DNA from: Naegleria gruberi
Lineage: Eukaryota
DNA length: 64,000 nt
NCBI GenBank assembly: GCA_000004985.1
Contig: GG738896.1
Reading direction: 5' to 3' (one strand)
The position numbers and the translations under genes are program-made. The notes below the pieces were generated by a model. That model made no database searches and had not been told where the DNA came from. It was given only the letters and a program-made list of their open reading frames with translations. Positions 20,015 through 35,000 of this stretch are shown piece by piece (the stretch's first letter is position 1; every line of letters begins with the position of its first letter).

Positions 20015-23000
20015 AAATCATTTAAAAATCCAGTTTCATATCCAACACCTGGATGGCAATTATTATATTTCCAAGGATTTAATTGCCCAAAGAATGGAGT
20101 TCCTGAAGGAATTAGTGATCGTAGTTATGGACAATTGCGTGTTGGATATAATCACATTATTGCTTTTCAAGTGAAAAGTAATAATGGAACACAAAAATTA
20201 AATATTGTAGGAAAAGGTGATAATACAGTTGGTCAATTAGCTATTGATAGATATATTTCTGGTGGAGTCAGATATTTTGCCAATATTACATTTGAAATTA
20301 ACTGGGGAGAGATGGTTAGATTAGTACAAATTGAAGATTTAATAACATCAAGAACTATTGCAAATAATCAAGATGTTGCTAAACTTCAAACTTATGATGC
20401 TTGGGATTCTAATCTTTATTTTGATAATATTAAGGGACACTATTTCCCTGATAATATTATTATTCAAGATATTAATACTTGTTATTTAAATACTTTTATA
20501 ATTTTAAAGAATCAAGAAATTTATGGAACTGGTTCAAATATTTACAAAAGTTTAAGTTTATCAAACGAAAATAGCAAAAGTAACTCTCCTATAAGATTAA
20601 CAATTTTGGAAAATTTTTTAAAATCACAAAGTGATTGGATTGATCAACTTTATTGTGGTTATTCATCTGTTTTTATTAAAACAAAAGCTAATAGAATTAT
20701 TGTATTTGGTAGAAATGATGTAAATCAATTAGGTCTTGGATCTGAATTTAGAGCAAATTCAATTACTCCAACAATTCATCCATTTTTAACATATTATTCA
20801 CAAAATATTGCAAATCTTGATACTATTTCATTTGGTTTAAATTTTACTTTAATTTCATTCAAAGATGGTTCAGTTTATTGTGCTGGTTTAAATAATCACC
20901 ATCAATGTGGTCTTGGTATTAATGAATATACAATTTCAAATTTTGTTCAAGTACCAATACCAGAAAAGATTACAAAAATATCAACAACAGCATATGCATC
21001 ATTTTTTGGTATTGAAACTGGTGAAATATTATCTTCAGGATGGAATTTAGGTTTTATTTTAGGACAAAATATTACTGATGAAAATTATGTTTCATCTACT
21101 CCAGTTAAAATTGAAAATTTAATTTCTCCAAATGATTATCAACTTTCAAAAGGTTTTCAATTATTTCATATAACTTATCAAAATGCAACATCAACTATGG
21201 CATGGGGATCAAATCAATTTTATAGTTCTGGTATACTTTATCAGGGTACTGGAACAGCTGCTTATCCAACTATTTTAGCATTGGGCAATGTGGAACGTGC
21301 TGTTTTAGAATCTATTGCAAATCCATCTGAATGTATTTTAGTTGGTGGTCATGCTGCTGCTAATGGTTGTTCCAATAGTTTATTACAAAGAATTAATTTA
21401 AAAACAGGATTTAATACTACATTTGGTGAATTTCGTTCATATTGCAGTAATTTTGGTACTTTTAATTATTCTACAGAAGTTTGTTCATGTGATGAAAAAC
21501 ATTATGGATATTCATGTCATTTAATCAAACCAGAATTTTTAGGAAATTGTAACCAATCAAGTTTAGAAAATTTTGCTATTGCTCCAAATACATGTTATTG
21601 TGGTGGAGAAGGTTTTTATGGAACATCTTGTGAAAATAAGGCACCTCCTAGATCTGTTTACAGTTTTACTAGATCTTTAAATATTCAAAAATTTACTCTA
21701 AAAAATAAGATGTTTGATTTTGGTTATTTAATAAGTGGTCAATCACATACATTTTTAAAATCTCAATTGAATAATAATAGAGTTTATGTATTTGGTAATG
21801 GATTGAATACAAATGATAAATATGGAATTGGTTTGGCTAGTAATAATATGATAAGTGATACTATTCAAATTTCAACATTATTTGAAAGATTATCAAAGAA
21901 ATTAACTTCTTCAATAAGAAATATTTATCCAATGAAAATTCAATCAGTTGCATTATTTAGTAATGGAGATATTTATAAGACTTTAAATAATTCAGATTTT
22001 GAAATTATTGCAAGTAATGTTAAATATTTAACATGTTCAGATATTACATGTTTTTTTATTACTAATGATAAGAATGTTTATGGTATTTTTGATAATCAAT
22101 ATAATCAACTTGGTTTAACTGATTTTGCAACAAGACAAAAAGTTTATGAATCTCAACCTGTTTTAGTATCACTTTTAAATAATAATTATCATAAGGAGAT
22201 TGTTAATATTTATCCTTCAAATTATTTTACATTATTTGTTAATCAATTTGGTAATTTATTTGGTATTGGTAAAAATACAGAATATCAATTAGGTATTGGA
22301 CATAATTTAAATATTGATAAGTTTATTATTCCATTAATAATTGAAAAACCTGTTTCACATGTTATTGTTACAGAATCTATTACATATTTTAAAGAATTAA
22401 ATTCTGTTTGGAAAACAATGGGTAAAGATATTTTAAATATTGCTCCAATTTCTCAATATTTAATTTATCCAACAGTAATAACATCTTTACAAGAACAAGA
22501 AAATATTTATAGAGCTAAAGGTGATATTATTATTACTCAAACAACAACTAAATTTAGACAATTAACACTTAATCAAGACCTTTCATATGGTCAAGAAAAA
22601 ATTATTGATGTTAATATTATGGGAGATGATATTATTTTAGTTACAATTCCAAGTAATTTTAATTCTATACTTTGTTATAATGGTTATTTAGATATTACTG
22701 GTACTTCATGCATTTGTGATAAAGGTTTTAGAGGAATTGATTGTAATTCTTATTTATGTGATAGAGTAACATGTAATTCATGTATTGGACCAAATATATG
22801 TTCTAAAAATCAATCTACAACAACAAATGAATTGAGATTATTCTCAAAAAATTATGGAATGATACAATCAAAGTTTAATGTTAAACATCATACTATTGGT
22901 GATAATTTTGCTATATTTATAGATTATGATGGTGAAACTAAATTTATTGGTGATAATTTTTATGGTGAATTAGGAATGGGTGGTTATTCTTCAATTAGTA

Positions 23001-26000
23001 TTAGTACCTCAAATTTACAACTTTTAACAAATAATATTTTACTTTTACCAATTTATTTAGCTAATGAAAATGTTAAATCAATTACATCTGGCAATAATTT
23101 TATTATTGTTTTAACAGAATCAGGTAATTTATTCTCTGTTGGTGATAATAGATTTGGTCAATTAGGTCAAAATGATACTATTAGTAGATATTTTTTAACT
23201 AAAATAGAAAGTACAATAACTTTTACAAGTGTAACTTGTAATTCTTTTCATTGTATTGCCTTAGGATCAAACAACAAATATTATGGTTGGGGAGATAACA
23301 CATTTGGTCAATTATGTTTAGATTCAACAACTAAAAAGGTTGTTTACACACCTTCACAAATTATATTTGATGTTATTATAGATGTTGTATCTACTTCAAT
23401 TATGTCAATTGGTCAAAACTCTTCAATATTTTATAGTAATAGTGGAGATGTGATTGCTTGTGGTAAAATAACAGTACCATCAAATTATGCTGATAAATCA
23501 GTAAGACAAAGAGTTTTACCAAATTTCAATATTGATTTACAAGCTATGGAACAAATACCAAGAAAATTCTATACCGATTTATGTTTAAAAAATTCTAATG
23601 AAGAATATTACTGTTTAGGTGAAAACAAATTTGGTACTCTAGGTTTTGGTCATGCTTTACCTCTTTATGGAATTTTTTTATCAAAACATTTTGGTGTTGA
23701 TGGAGGATTATTTTTCCATACTCACACTAATAAGATTAATTTCTATTATTCTAAAAACAAAATTTTAAATTATTTTGGTAATGGTGATTTATTGAATGAT
23801 ATCAACAATATGAATCCAGCAAGACAAACAAATGTTTTTCAATCAATTGGTAAATTTAGTTTCATAACATCAAATGAGAAATTTGGTTATATAATTACAA
23901 ATACTAGCAATTGTTTTAATAGAGGATATTTTTCTAATGGAATTTGTACTTGTAATAATATTAAATATTTAGGTGATGAATGTCAAACAAATACTAACAT
24001 TCCACAAGGTACAACTTCTCAATTCCAAATAATTGATACTTTAGGTAATAATTTTAATTTTACTAATAAGTTTGGAAGTATGTCAAAAATTGAAACATTT
24101 GGTAATTTACCATTTGGTTTTAATAATACTAGAAATAATTTAAGAGTTGTTAGTACCTTTAATTTGGCATTAAATCAATCCACTTCTCAACTTGCACTCA
24201 TTTTTGCTATTGATAATTATGCTAATTTAAACGTTGACATTCAATTTCCAAATAGTGGGAAAATTAGTAAACTTCAAACAAGATTGGAGGAAGGATCTGA
24301 TTACATTTATCATACAATTACTACTGATAATATAGATACTAATGCAATTATTCAAGTAACATATACAACAAATAATTCAGTAATTTTAGATAGTGATATG
24401 AAGAACCAATTTCTTAAAGTTTATACAAGAAATGAAAAAAATAATATTATTCCTATTGGATTGAAATCTAGCTCTGAATTATTATCTGAAGTACTTGCAA
24501 GGTTGAATTTCCTTTTTTCTATTAATGGTCCACATACTGCAGAAATTTCCTCTATTGAAGAATTTCCATGTGATCTAGATGGTAATAATAATGTGATAGG
24601 TCTCAGATTAGATGGAAATTTTTTCAATTATACATTTTATCCAATTCTAAAAGATGAATCTTTCCGTACTTTAAAGAACTTTTACAGCTCAAAAATTTCA
24701 TCAATTAGATATCCTATTCATGAAACATTTAATTTTGCAGAAAGTGATATTAGTCTCATTAATTTATCTAATAATAATAATCTTGAACAATCTGCAGGTT
24801 ATTATGATTTATCACCAGTTAAAAGAACAAATATTTTAATTAATGTTTCAAAATCAAAGATTTGTGATATTCCATTTGCTGATTTATTTATTAATCCTTC
24901 TAAATATAATTTTACAAATACTAATATGTATTGTATGAAACCAATTTTTGATAATTCTTGGTGTAAACCATTAAGTTTTAGAGAAAGTACTTTATACTTG
25001 ACTCAATTTTTTGTTTCTACAAAATTAAGTATTCCACTTGCACTTTGTGACTCATGTTCTATTTTAAATTGTTTTGATTTTTTAACTCAAAATACTTCTA
25101 GATTATCCTATTATTTTGTTTACCCAGATAATAATAAGATTATTTCTAATAATTTTAATATATTTGAAACAAGAAAGGATGTAAATGTTGATTTATTATT
25201 CAATGAATTTAATGAAAATAATTTCCTTAATTTTGATTATATTAATATGGGTATTATTTATAAATATGATTCTCCTATTGGAATACAAGAATTAAAAGGA
25301 ACTATCAAATTACAATATTTGAAATATTTACAAAGTTTCAATTTTACACCTATTGTACTTGCTAGAAATAGTGATAATATTGTTACAATTAAAAGTGAAA
25401 ATATGAAAGATTTCATAAAATATAATCAAGTTTATTGTAAAACAAGAATTAGTGAAGAAATAATTACTTTGGATGACAATGATAAATCAACTTCCTATTG
25501 TAATATTAGAACTGGTATTGAATATAATCAAAATATAACAGTTCAATTAATGGCTTACCCTATATCAGGAAATAATCCTTTTAAAATTGGAGAATTTAAT
25601 GTTTATGTTTTAAATATAACACTTATTCCAAATATTATCAATAAGTATTCTACAAAATATCCACAATTAATATTTATTAATTCTGATTTTACAACAGGAA
25701 GCTTTTTATCAAATTCTAAATTAGAATTTATGGAAAATGGTGAAACTGTTTATAAGATTGATCAACTAAAAATTAGTTATTTCAATACTTTATCCATTAC
25801 TGCAGATATTTATAAACAAAATCTTGACATGTATTTAGATAATGTAAATTTAGGATATTTTACTTCTCAAATTGTTTATAAACAAGTCAATTTAGAAAAA
25901 ATTATTCCATCCTTAAGTTTTAATACTGAAGAGATGCCTACAATTTATTTAGATAGAGAAATTTATTCAAATATTCATTCAAATATTCAGTATAGATGTT

Positions 26001-29000
26001 TAGATACTTTAACAAATACTTCATATTCTGCTCAATACTTAAATTCTAGAATAATATGTAATATTAATAATTTACCTACAAATAATGTAAAATTATTAGA
26101 TTTAATTGTTCAAATAAGAATTTATTCATTTAATGATAATGAATGGTTTACATATAGTAGTAATAGTGTTAAGTTTTATCATTTAATTTCTAATATGAAT
26201 ATTTCTTTAGCAGAAGGATCACAAACCTTTTCAAAATGTCATTATTTATCTTCTAGTACAACAGGTTTCACTCCAAGAATTAAATTAAATGAAATTGTTT
26301 TACCTGAAAGTGAAACTTATAGATTTTCAATATGCCATTATAATAGGTTAAATGAAATTGTTACCTATAGATCTAATTATTATAGAGATAATTTATTTGA
26401 AGCATCAGGATTTACTTTATATCTTAAAAGTGGTTATTCTAATATTTATTTATGTGCTGACTCAATGATTGTATCAAAACCAGTTGTAGTTTTTGTTATT
26501 AATCAAACAGATTATGATTCCAAACCAATTTTTGGTTTTATTGGTTCTGATATTTGGTCTGGTTATATTTTCCATCATCAACCACTTTATTCTGATTCTC
26601 TCTTCAATTTAACCTATTCTTGTGCCTTATTTGGTGATGTTCAAAATTATACTGTTTATTCAACAGATTTAATTACAAACAAAATTGATAATTATTATGT
26701 AACAAGATGTATTTTCACTGGTTTAAATAATATTATCAAACAAGAGGCAGGTTTTTATTTTTCATTACTTGCAAAGAGAGGATCAGAAACTGTTCAATTA
26801 CCAGCTACTTTTATTAATTTCATTTATGGACCAAAACCTACAAATTATTCTACTCCATTTATTTCTCATATTCCATATTCTGGTTATATTTCAACAACTT
26901 TATTAACACAAGATCAGGATAGAGATTTATTTGTTTCTAAAAATCAAAATGGATTTTTTAGATTAACTCTCCCAATTGATTGTTTGTTATTTAAAGTTGG
27001 TGGTACTTATCCTATTGCATCTGCACCACTTGATACAACATCATCAACTCTAAAATGTGATTTAACTAAATATACAGTTACAAGCAGTGAACCATTCGAA
27101 ATATCATTAGGTTCACTTGTTACAGAATATTCTTATTTTGTAGAATTTACATCAAGAACTGTACATTTCACATATTTGAATAAGATAGAATTTAACTTTG
27201 AAGGCTATCCAATTTTAGAAACTGGAAAATCTATTCTTCTAAATTATTATACTAACAAACTTCCTCAATACAAACAAACCCAATTGAATGTTACTATGTC
27301 TGCATTAGGACAATACCCCATTATCAAGTCATGTGATTTTGAACTTACAGGATCTTGTATAGTAGATTATAATTTAACAATTCCAATTACTCCAGTTTTA
27401 CAAACTTACATACTTCAATTTTCATTTATTATTAATGAATTTTTATTGAAACAAACATTGAACATTGAAAATACATTGTTCAATAACAGATTTAATGTAA
27501 TGTACTATTCACCATTCCTCTTTGATTTTAAAACTGATTCAAGCATTTACAATTTCAAGTTACAAATTGATAATGGATTAAATCCTGATTTCAATTTTGA
27601 TCTTGATACTGATGGTATTAGAAGAAGCATTTTTTATGGTTTGAATAATGATAGTATAACAGAAGTTACTTGCTCTAGAATTAGTAATTATAGTACTAGT
27701 ATAGCATCTAATTTAGAAACAAGAATTGTATCAACATTTAAAGGAATTACATTTTCTGTTGATAAGAAACCATCAACTATTTACCTTAGAGAACTTTACA
27801 CTACACCAAATATTGTCTCTCAATCAATTCAAAAAACTATTAATATTACTCTTACTACAGATATTGCTATTCAAAAACCTCTAAAGAAGTATTATATTTC
27901 TTTATTAGATAATAAGTATGAATGTAGTATTGAATCAACATCTTTGATTTGTCCTGTTTTAATTACATATATTGGTAATCCTTTCTACAAGGAAGTTCTT
28001 AAAATTTTAGATGGTGATAATGTTGTAACAAGGATTGGTTTACCATTTATCCTATTCAAACCAATTTCTATTCGTGAAGTTAAACCAACACTTCTACTTC
28101 AAGATAATAACTCTGTTAATACTACAGTTTTAATGGAGCAAACAGTTTTTGAAGATTTAGGAACAGAATTTATATTTTCTTGTTCCATCGAAGATGGTAA
28201 CTTCTCAGCTATTGTTGGTGATTCTAACTCTGTTAGATGTAATTTCAATAACTTGAATACTGGAAGAAAGAGTGTAAAAATTTATCTTTCCTCTAATAAT
28301 CAATACAGATCCATCAAGGAATTATTATTAACTGATATTAATCCAGCAAAAGATTTTGAAGTTATTAAGAATCCAACCATAGCTCTTGATAATTCTATTG
28401 AGCAAAAAACTTTATTCTATACTTCTGAAACCTTTTCATTAACAACTCTTAATATTCTAGTTACAAATACTGAATTCACTTTGAATAATATCTTGTATAA
28501 CATTTCTACTGAAATTGGTTTTTATGGAAAAAACAGCTTTGTTGAAAGTACTACTTATTTGGGAAAATTTGATACATCATACAAATTCCAAGTATCATTT
28601 TATGCTTCAAATAACTATGAAGGATTTGTTCCTCTGAGATTAACAAAAGTTTTATCAGGAACTACTAAAGAATCTAGAGCTCTTACTTCTGATGATTACA
28701 TTTTAACAAAGATATCTGATTTGGTTCTAACTTGTGTAACAAAGGTAACTTTATCAAAGAGTGTTCCAGCATTTGGTGTTGAATCTAATTTACCAAGATT
28801 AGTTCAATTATATTCAAACTTTAACTTTTTAAAATTTATTCCTGATTCTAATCTTTTACAAGATGGAAAGGTTAATTTTAAGTGTGTTTATGAATATTTA
28901 CCAAAATCTAATAAGGCAATTAGTAGCACTACTAGAATTTATAATAACGAAGCATTCGAATGTAATATGACAACACCAGATGTTGGTCAAGTTCAAATTG

Positions 29001-32000
29001 ATCTTTATGTTGAAAAAGATGGACATTCATTATCTCTTAATATTAATTCATGGAATTATATTATTTATGATGGTTTATTCTTACAACCTTCTTATGGTTT
29101 GAGAACTATTGAAAATTCAAGACTGGTAAATCCGTTCAAGATTCAAAAATACTCTGATTTGTCTGGTATTAACTTGAATCAATTTACAAAGTTTAATGGT
29201 AAAATTACTGAACCTGATGTTTCCTTTACTTGTGAAAAGGAATTAAGTTCAGATGGTATCTATCCATTATTGAACTGTACTATTCCTGTTTTACCATCTA
29301 CAAATATTATGTCTTTCAAACAGTATGAATTAAGACTTTACACAAATCCAAGTATGCAACTAATTTCAAATTTCTCACTAGGTTGGCTTCCAACAAGTTC
29401 TCTCTATATTAGTAATATTAATCCAAAAATTATTCAAAAATCTACTAGTAAGACTGATATGAAAACAATTTATGTAGATATCTCGGGAGATAGTAATGTT
29501 ATTTCAAGAACCTTACCTGAAGGTAACTTTGCTATTTATACAAGAAGTGCAGGTGTTGCCCTTTTACAATCTGCTAGACCACCTTATGTTGCTCAACCTG
29601 CATCTATTGCTATTCAAACTTCTAATTTTGAAGAAACTGTAACATTACAATATGTGAACTATAACTTACTTACACCTGTTATTGATATTCCAAAACCAGA
29701 CCTTGTCGATTTTATGAAACTCACTGTGAATGATGTTGAATTGAATAGTATTCAATATTCATCCGACAGTATTAAAGGTTCTAAGGCAAGTGGTGCAACT
29801 ATCTTTTTCACTGTAAGCAAGAATACTGCCACACTATTCATGTTAAATAATGGTGGTTATAATGGTTCTATCAAATGTGTTCAAGATCCAATCACTAGTA
29901 ATAGTGCAACATTTGTGTCTGAATCAACTGATACACTCAAGTTCAAATGCGTTTTAGCAAAGACAAGCTCAATTACAAATTCCTTTATTCTTTCTAAAGT
30001 TGAAATTTACTATAATAATCCAATGGCAGAGAATGGAAATATGAAGGTTTCATCTAGTGCTTTAGATTTTATTTGGTTACCTTCTACTTTACCAATAGAA
30101 CAACCTGTACCATTTGCATTTATCTCCAGAGTTGGTTCTTTTGATATTTCACTTTCAGATAAGAAGGTATTTATTTCCTCTGATAATTTTGTTTGTTATT
30201 TGGCTGATTCTACAAGTACCAATGTAGTGAAAATCAAAGCCATTTATAATCCATCAGGAACTCTCACATGTCCATTCAGTTTTAGCTATTCTATATCAAC
30301 AGTATTTAAAATTTCTATTTACTTTAGTAATGGTCCAAGTGATGTTCTTTTAACAACAACAAGAGATGTAACCTTTATCAATGCACCTTTGGAAATTTCA
30401 TACATTGACCCATTCATTACTTATCACTTACCAGCACTTACTGGTAGTACAACAGATATCAATTACAAGGTCAGCAAATTGAGTTTTATTCCTCAAGGTT
30501 TATCTTGTACTTTTAGAGAAGTTACATCAACAATACCAAGTATTGGTCAAGTTAGAAAAATAACACAAGCTCAAATTCAAGACGGTTTATTTGTTTGTCC
30601 TTTCTTGATTGATCAAACATTCTCATCTTATAATTTACTTACCAAATTAGTGATAGATTTAGGAAGTAATCTTTTAGACATTTCTAGCAATGAGCTTGAA
30701 TTGATTCTTTACAAAAAGAAGCTGACATGGAATATCAACTCATATTTGACAGCATCAAATTTGAATACTAGATATGAACTACGTAATTATGAAATTCCAC
30801 ATTCTTCAAGTTATAGTCTTCAACAATCTGTTGTTGCTACTCCTTATTTAAGATCTCAAAAAATACAAAACTTGAAAACAACAACATTAGATTGTATTGG
30901 AGCTGATCCAGCTAGTTGTACATTTGTTGGTATTGAACCAATGGTTAACAAAATACCTTCATACATGACCACTGCTATTGAATTTATCAATGTTGAAAAT
31001 CAAAGAAAATCTTACATTATTGCTAATGACTTGACATTGTTCCTTAAAAAGTCTTCATTCAATGTTTCTCATATTTCTCCATATATTGCAGACTACAGAC
31101 AAAGTCATGCATCTAATCAAAATTTCCTCTTTACCAGTGCTAGTTTAAATGCTGAGGACTTTGATATTACATGTCAATTCGATAACAAAAAGACAAATAT
31201 GACAAGAAATCAATTTTGTGTTGTTAAACCACCAACTTTACCAAATGGATACCCAAAAACTGGTATTCAAAATGTCACTTTAACTTGGAATGGTATTGAT
31301 TTATATTCTAGAAGTTATCCAATAGATTTCATAGAAGCCTATCAAGTTAATAATTTGATAACTTTTTATTCATATAGATCTAATATTACATTGATTGATA
31401 ATCCTTATGTTCCTCTACCTTTCAGTGGAGATTTTTCTGGCTATACTTTTTCAATTGGACTTTTTGAAAAGAATAGATTAATAGGTGAAGCAACTTGTAA
31501 ACAACTATTTGCTAATAATGCCCAATTAGAATGTGTAAAGGGACCTTTTAGTTATTCAACATCTTATCCAGTTACTTCTATTGTGAAATTATTGATTAAC
31601 GCTCAATCTGCTTTCCAGATGAAAGGAGAAATTGTGTTATATTCTGCTCCTACTATTCAAAGTCTCAGTACTAATTATTTCAGAATTAACCAAATTTATA
31701 CTATGGAAGTCTATGGATCTGTATTCTATCAAAAGGATACGCCAACCCTTGAAATATATTCCAATACTACTTTCAATTCATATCCTACCATGGTTGTTGA
31801 TTCCAATACTATTCGCATTCAAAACATTGGCTTCAATGACCTACAAGAAACTCTAAGAAAATCCAGATTGAAATTTAGTTCAGGTGCCTATTTAGATCTA
31901 CCAGATATTTCTATTTATAAAGGAGTGAAAGAAGATTTCTCGTTGCAATCCATCAATTCAGAAGCATATGATAATGGTGTTATTACAGCAACCACAACTA

Positions 32001-35000
32001 GATCCATTAGCATTGATCTTAAGCTCATCTCAAATACTTTCCAAAACAAACCTCAATCATGCTTGGTAAAGTATGAAGATGGTGTTTTGTCCATCGTTCA
32101 AACATGCTCTGTTACCTATGAAAGTGGTAGCGTTACCCCCGTAGTACACATAACAACTCCATTAATGTGGTATTATGACATTGTTTTCCCAAGAATAATC
32201 TCTTACTCATTCTCATTGGATGGAGGTGCTTTTTACTATACCCATGCAAATTTCAAAATTAAGATGGTGGACGATAGTGAGAATTTCATTATTCGAACTA
32301 TTTATGATCAAAATATTGTTACATTTTCCAATGTTCCTTATTCTATTTTATCTGGTGTCTCACTTTCCTTCATCAAAATTGGAACAAATGGTACAAATTT
32401 GCAAGAACTTGTTTTTACAAAATCTTGTAAAGCAAGCTATTGTAATCTTGATTATGGGCATATAATATTTGAAAATTTAAGACCATTTGAATACTTTGAA
32501 TTTGATCGTATTAGAATCAACAAGGGAGCTTCTAGTAAGATCTTTGCAATTTCAAAGAACCTTCTTATTTTCAATCCTAATAATACTTTATCCTCAATTC
32601 CTTCCGTTTCAATTTCACATTCCAAAGTTCAATTAGGAGCTAAAACAAGTGTAACAATAATTCTTCCAGCTAGTTTTAGTAGTGATCTTTCCAAGATTAG
32701 CACTGTTACTGTGATTTTCAAAGCTGATGGTTCTACCAGTACCCCTTCAACCATATCCAAAGGTTGGACCTCAAAATATTCCTTCATTATTGAAATGGAT
32801 TCTCTACCACCGTGGGATTTGCAAATAGCTGCTATTGCTTTCCAAAATATTAATATTAACGTTATTGCCTCTCCAACAATTACTTTAATCCCTTCATTTG
32901 ACTTTTCTATTATTAATCAGTACCAAAAAGCCAAAGCATCTACAAGATCACAAACTAATCTCAGAGTTACATTTAATAGTGCAATTACTACTCAACAAGG
33001 AATAATTCCTTCAATGAAAATTTCTAATTCAAACACTAATTTATTCAAGTCCTACACTACAAATATTCAAATTGATGGAAATACCAGAACAACAAATGCT
33101 GTACAATTTACTGAATTGACAGTGACAGCTCCAGCAGCTTCATCAATTCTTACTGTTGATAAATCCCTGGTTAGATTCCCTACAAAATTTAGTATTGGCT
33201 TTGCATTCCTGGAAAACCAATATGTTATGAAGGAAATCCTTACCTATGATGATTCTATTGCTGATCCTCCAATTATAGTTAGTGTAAATCCACAGGAAGT
33301 TCCTCTAATTGATCAACCAGTTACTTTGGATATCAAAGCTTCTTCAATAGACTCACAGTCAACTCAATGTATCTTTAGGGCTAGCAAGGCATCCAGTGTT
33401 AATAACACAATAATTGTAAATGCCAATTTCATTGATCAGTATTCCATTGGTTGTACATTTGTTCCTTCTCAAATTGTTACCGAATTGGGTATTTCTAGTA
33501 CTTTAGAAATGGACATGACATTGAGATCTAATTTGGATGAAAGCAAAGAAGTTATCAATATTCCAATCTACAGACAACTTAATATTGATTCTTTCACACC
33601 TAAACAAGGTATTACAACAGGTGAATTTGAAACCACATTCATTGGAAGCTTCCCTATTCATCCTAGAGAAGAGTACTTTTTAACTCAGGGAAGAATGAAA
33701 TTCAGAGCCAAGTTCGGTATCAGAGAATCAACTGACTGCTCAAGAATAAGCTCAACAACTGTAAAATGCAAAGGTGTTAGTAACCCTATCTCTGAAGTAG
33801 ATATTTCCCTATCCAGAAATTCTGTTGATTTTGTGAAAGCATCTGAAAAGTTTGTTTATTATGGATGTGGACCTGGATATGAACAATCTAGTTTCAATGA
33901 ACTTTGTAAACCATGTAAGATTGGTTATTCAAAGAACTTTACTGGTGGTCCTTGTGTTGCATGTGATAGAGGTTACTATGCAAGTCAACCAGGTTCTTTA
34001 GAATGCACTAAATGTCCTTCCTTGCAAACTACATTAGATACTGGCTCTACAAGCATTGACTATTGTGGATGTCCTTCACAAACATATTATTATAATATTT
34101 ACAAGAATTCCTGTGTAACATGTCCAAAAGGTGCTGATTGTCCATCATTTAATACTACTTACCCTATTGCCAAGACTGGTTACTGGCATTCAAATGCAAC
34201 TGGTTATAGTCCTTACAATTTCTATGAGTGCATTCCTTCAACTTCTTGTAATGCAGGTTTGTTTGGAAACTGCACCGATGGTTATACTGGTTTCGTTTGT
34301 GGTTTGTGTGAAGATGGTTTTTATAGAAGTTCCAGATCATGTAGTAGATGTTCAAATCTTGCTCCTCTCTATTTGACACTTTTGATAGGTGGTGTAGCTG
34401 TTATTGCATTGATATTCTTCTTCTTTTCATCAATCAAGGTGCATCACATTTCATCATTGAGTATTGCACTCTTCTTCTTCCAAGTGAATAGTATGTGGAC
34501 AAAGTTTGATTTGAACCTTCCAGAAGAAATCTCTGGACTTTTCACTGCAAGTTCTGCAAGTACTTTCAACTTTGATTTTATTCAGTTCCAATGTGTTTTT
34601 CCAATTGGTTTTGTACCTCAATGGATTTTGAAAATGTTAATTCCTGTAATGCTTTTAATCTTATTCGTAGTGTTGTATTTAATGGGCGAATTGAGAAATA
34701 TTATTGCCAAGTTTGCTGGACCTAAAATTCCATGGAAGAAGTGGGATATTACCGATTTGTACAATGAGTTTATCAAGAGACAAGAAATTGAATCAGATCC
34801 AAAGCTCACTAAGATGCAAAAGTTAAAACATTCTCTCACTGGTATAATGTTCTCAGCTAGAACTGCAATCTACAAATCCCAACACAAAATTATTTGGACT
34901 CTCACCACCTATTTACCAAGAAGTGAGATGAAGAAGTTTTTGAATAATTGTATTCACTCATTCATTACTTTCCTTTCATTGGCCTACATGTATATTATTC

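Noticed and set aside
20135-20137. Start codon of the giant ORF as listed in the ORF track
   Set aside because: The listed M corresponds to a TTG. The frame is open upstream to 20015 and there is no in-frame ATG. An upstream signal-peptide exon joined by splicing is a better model.
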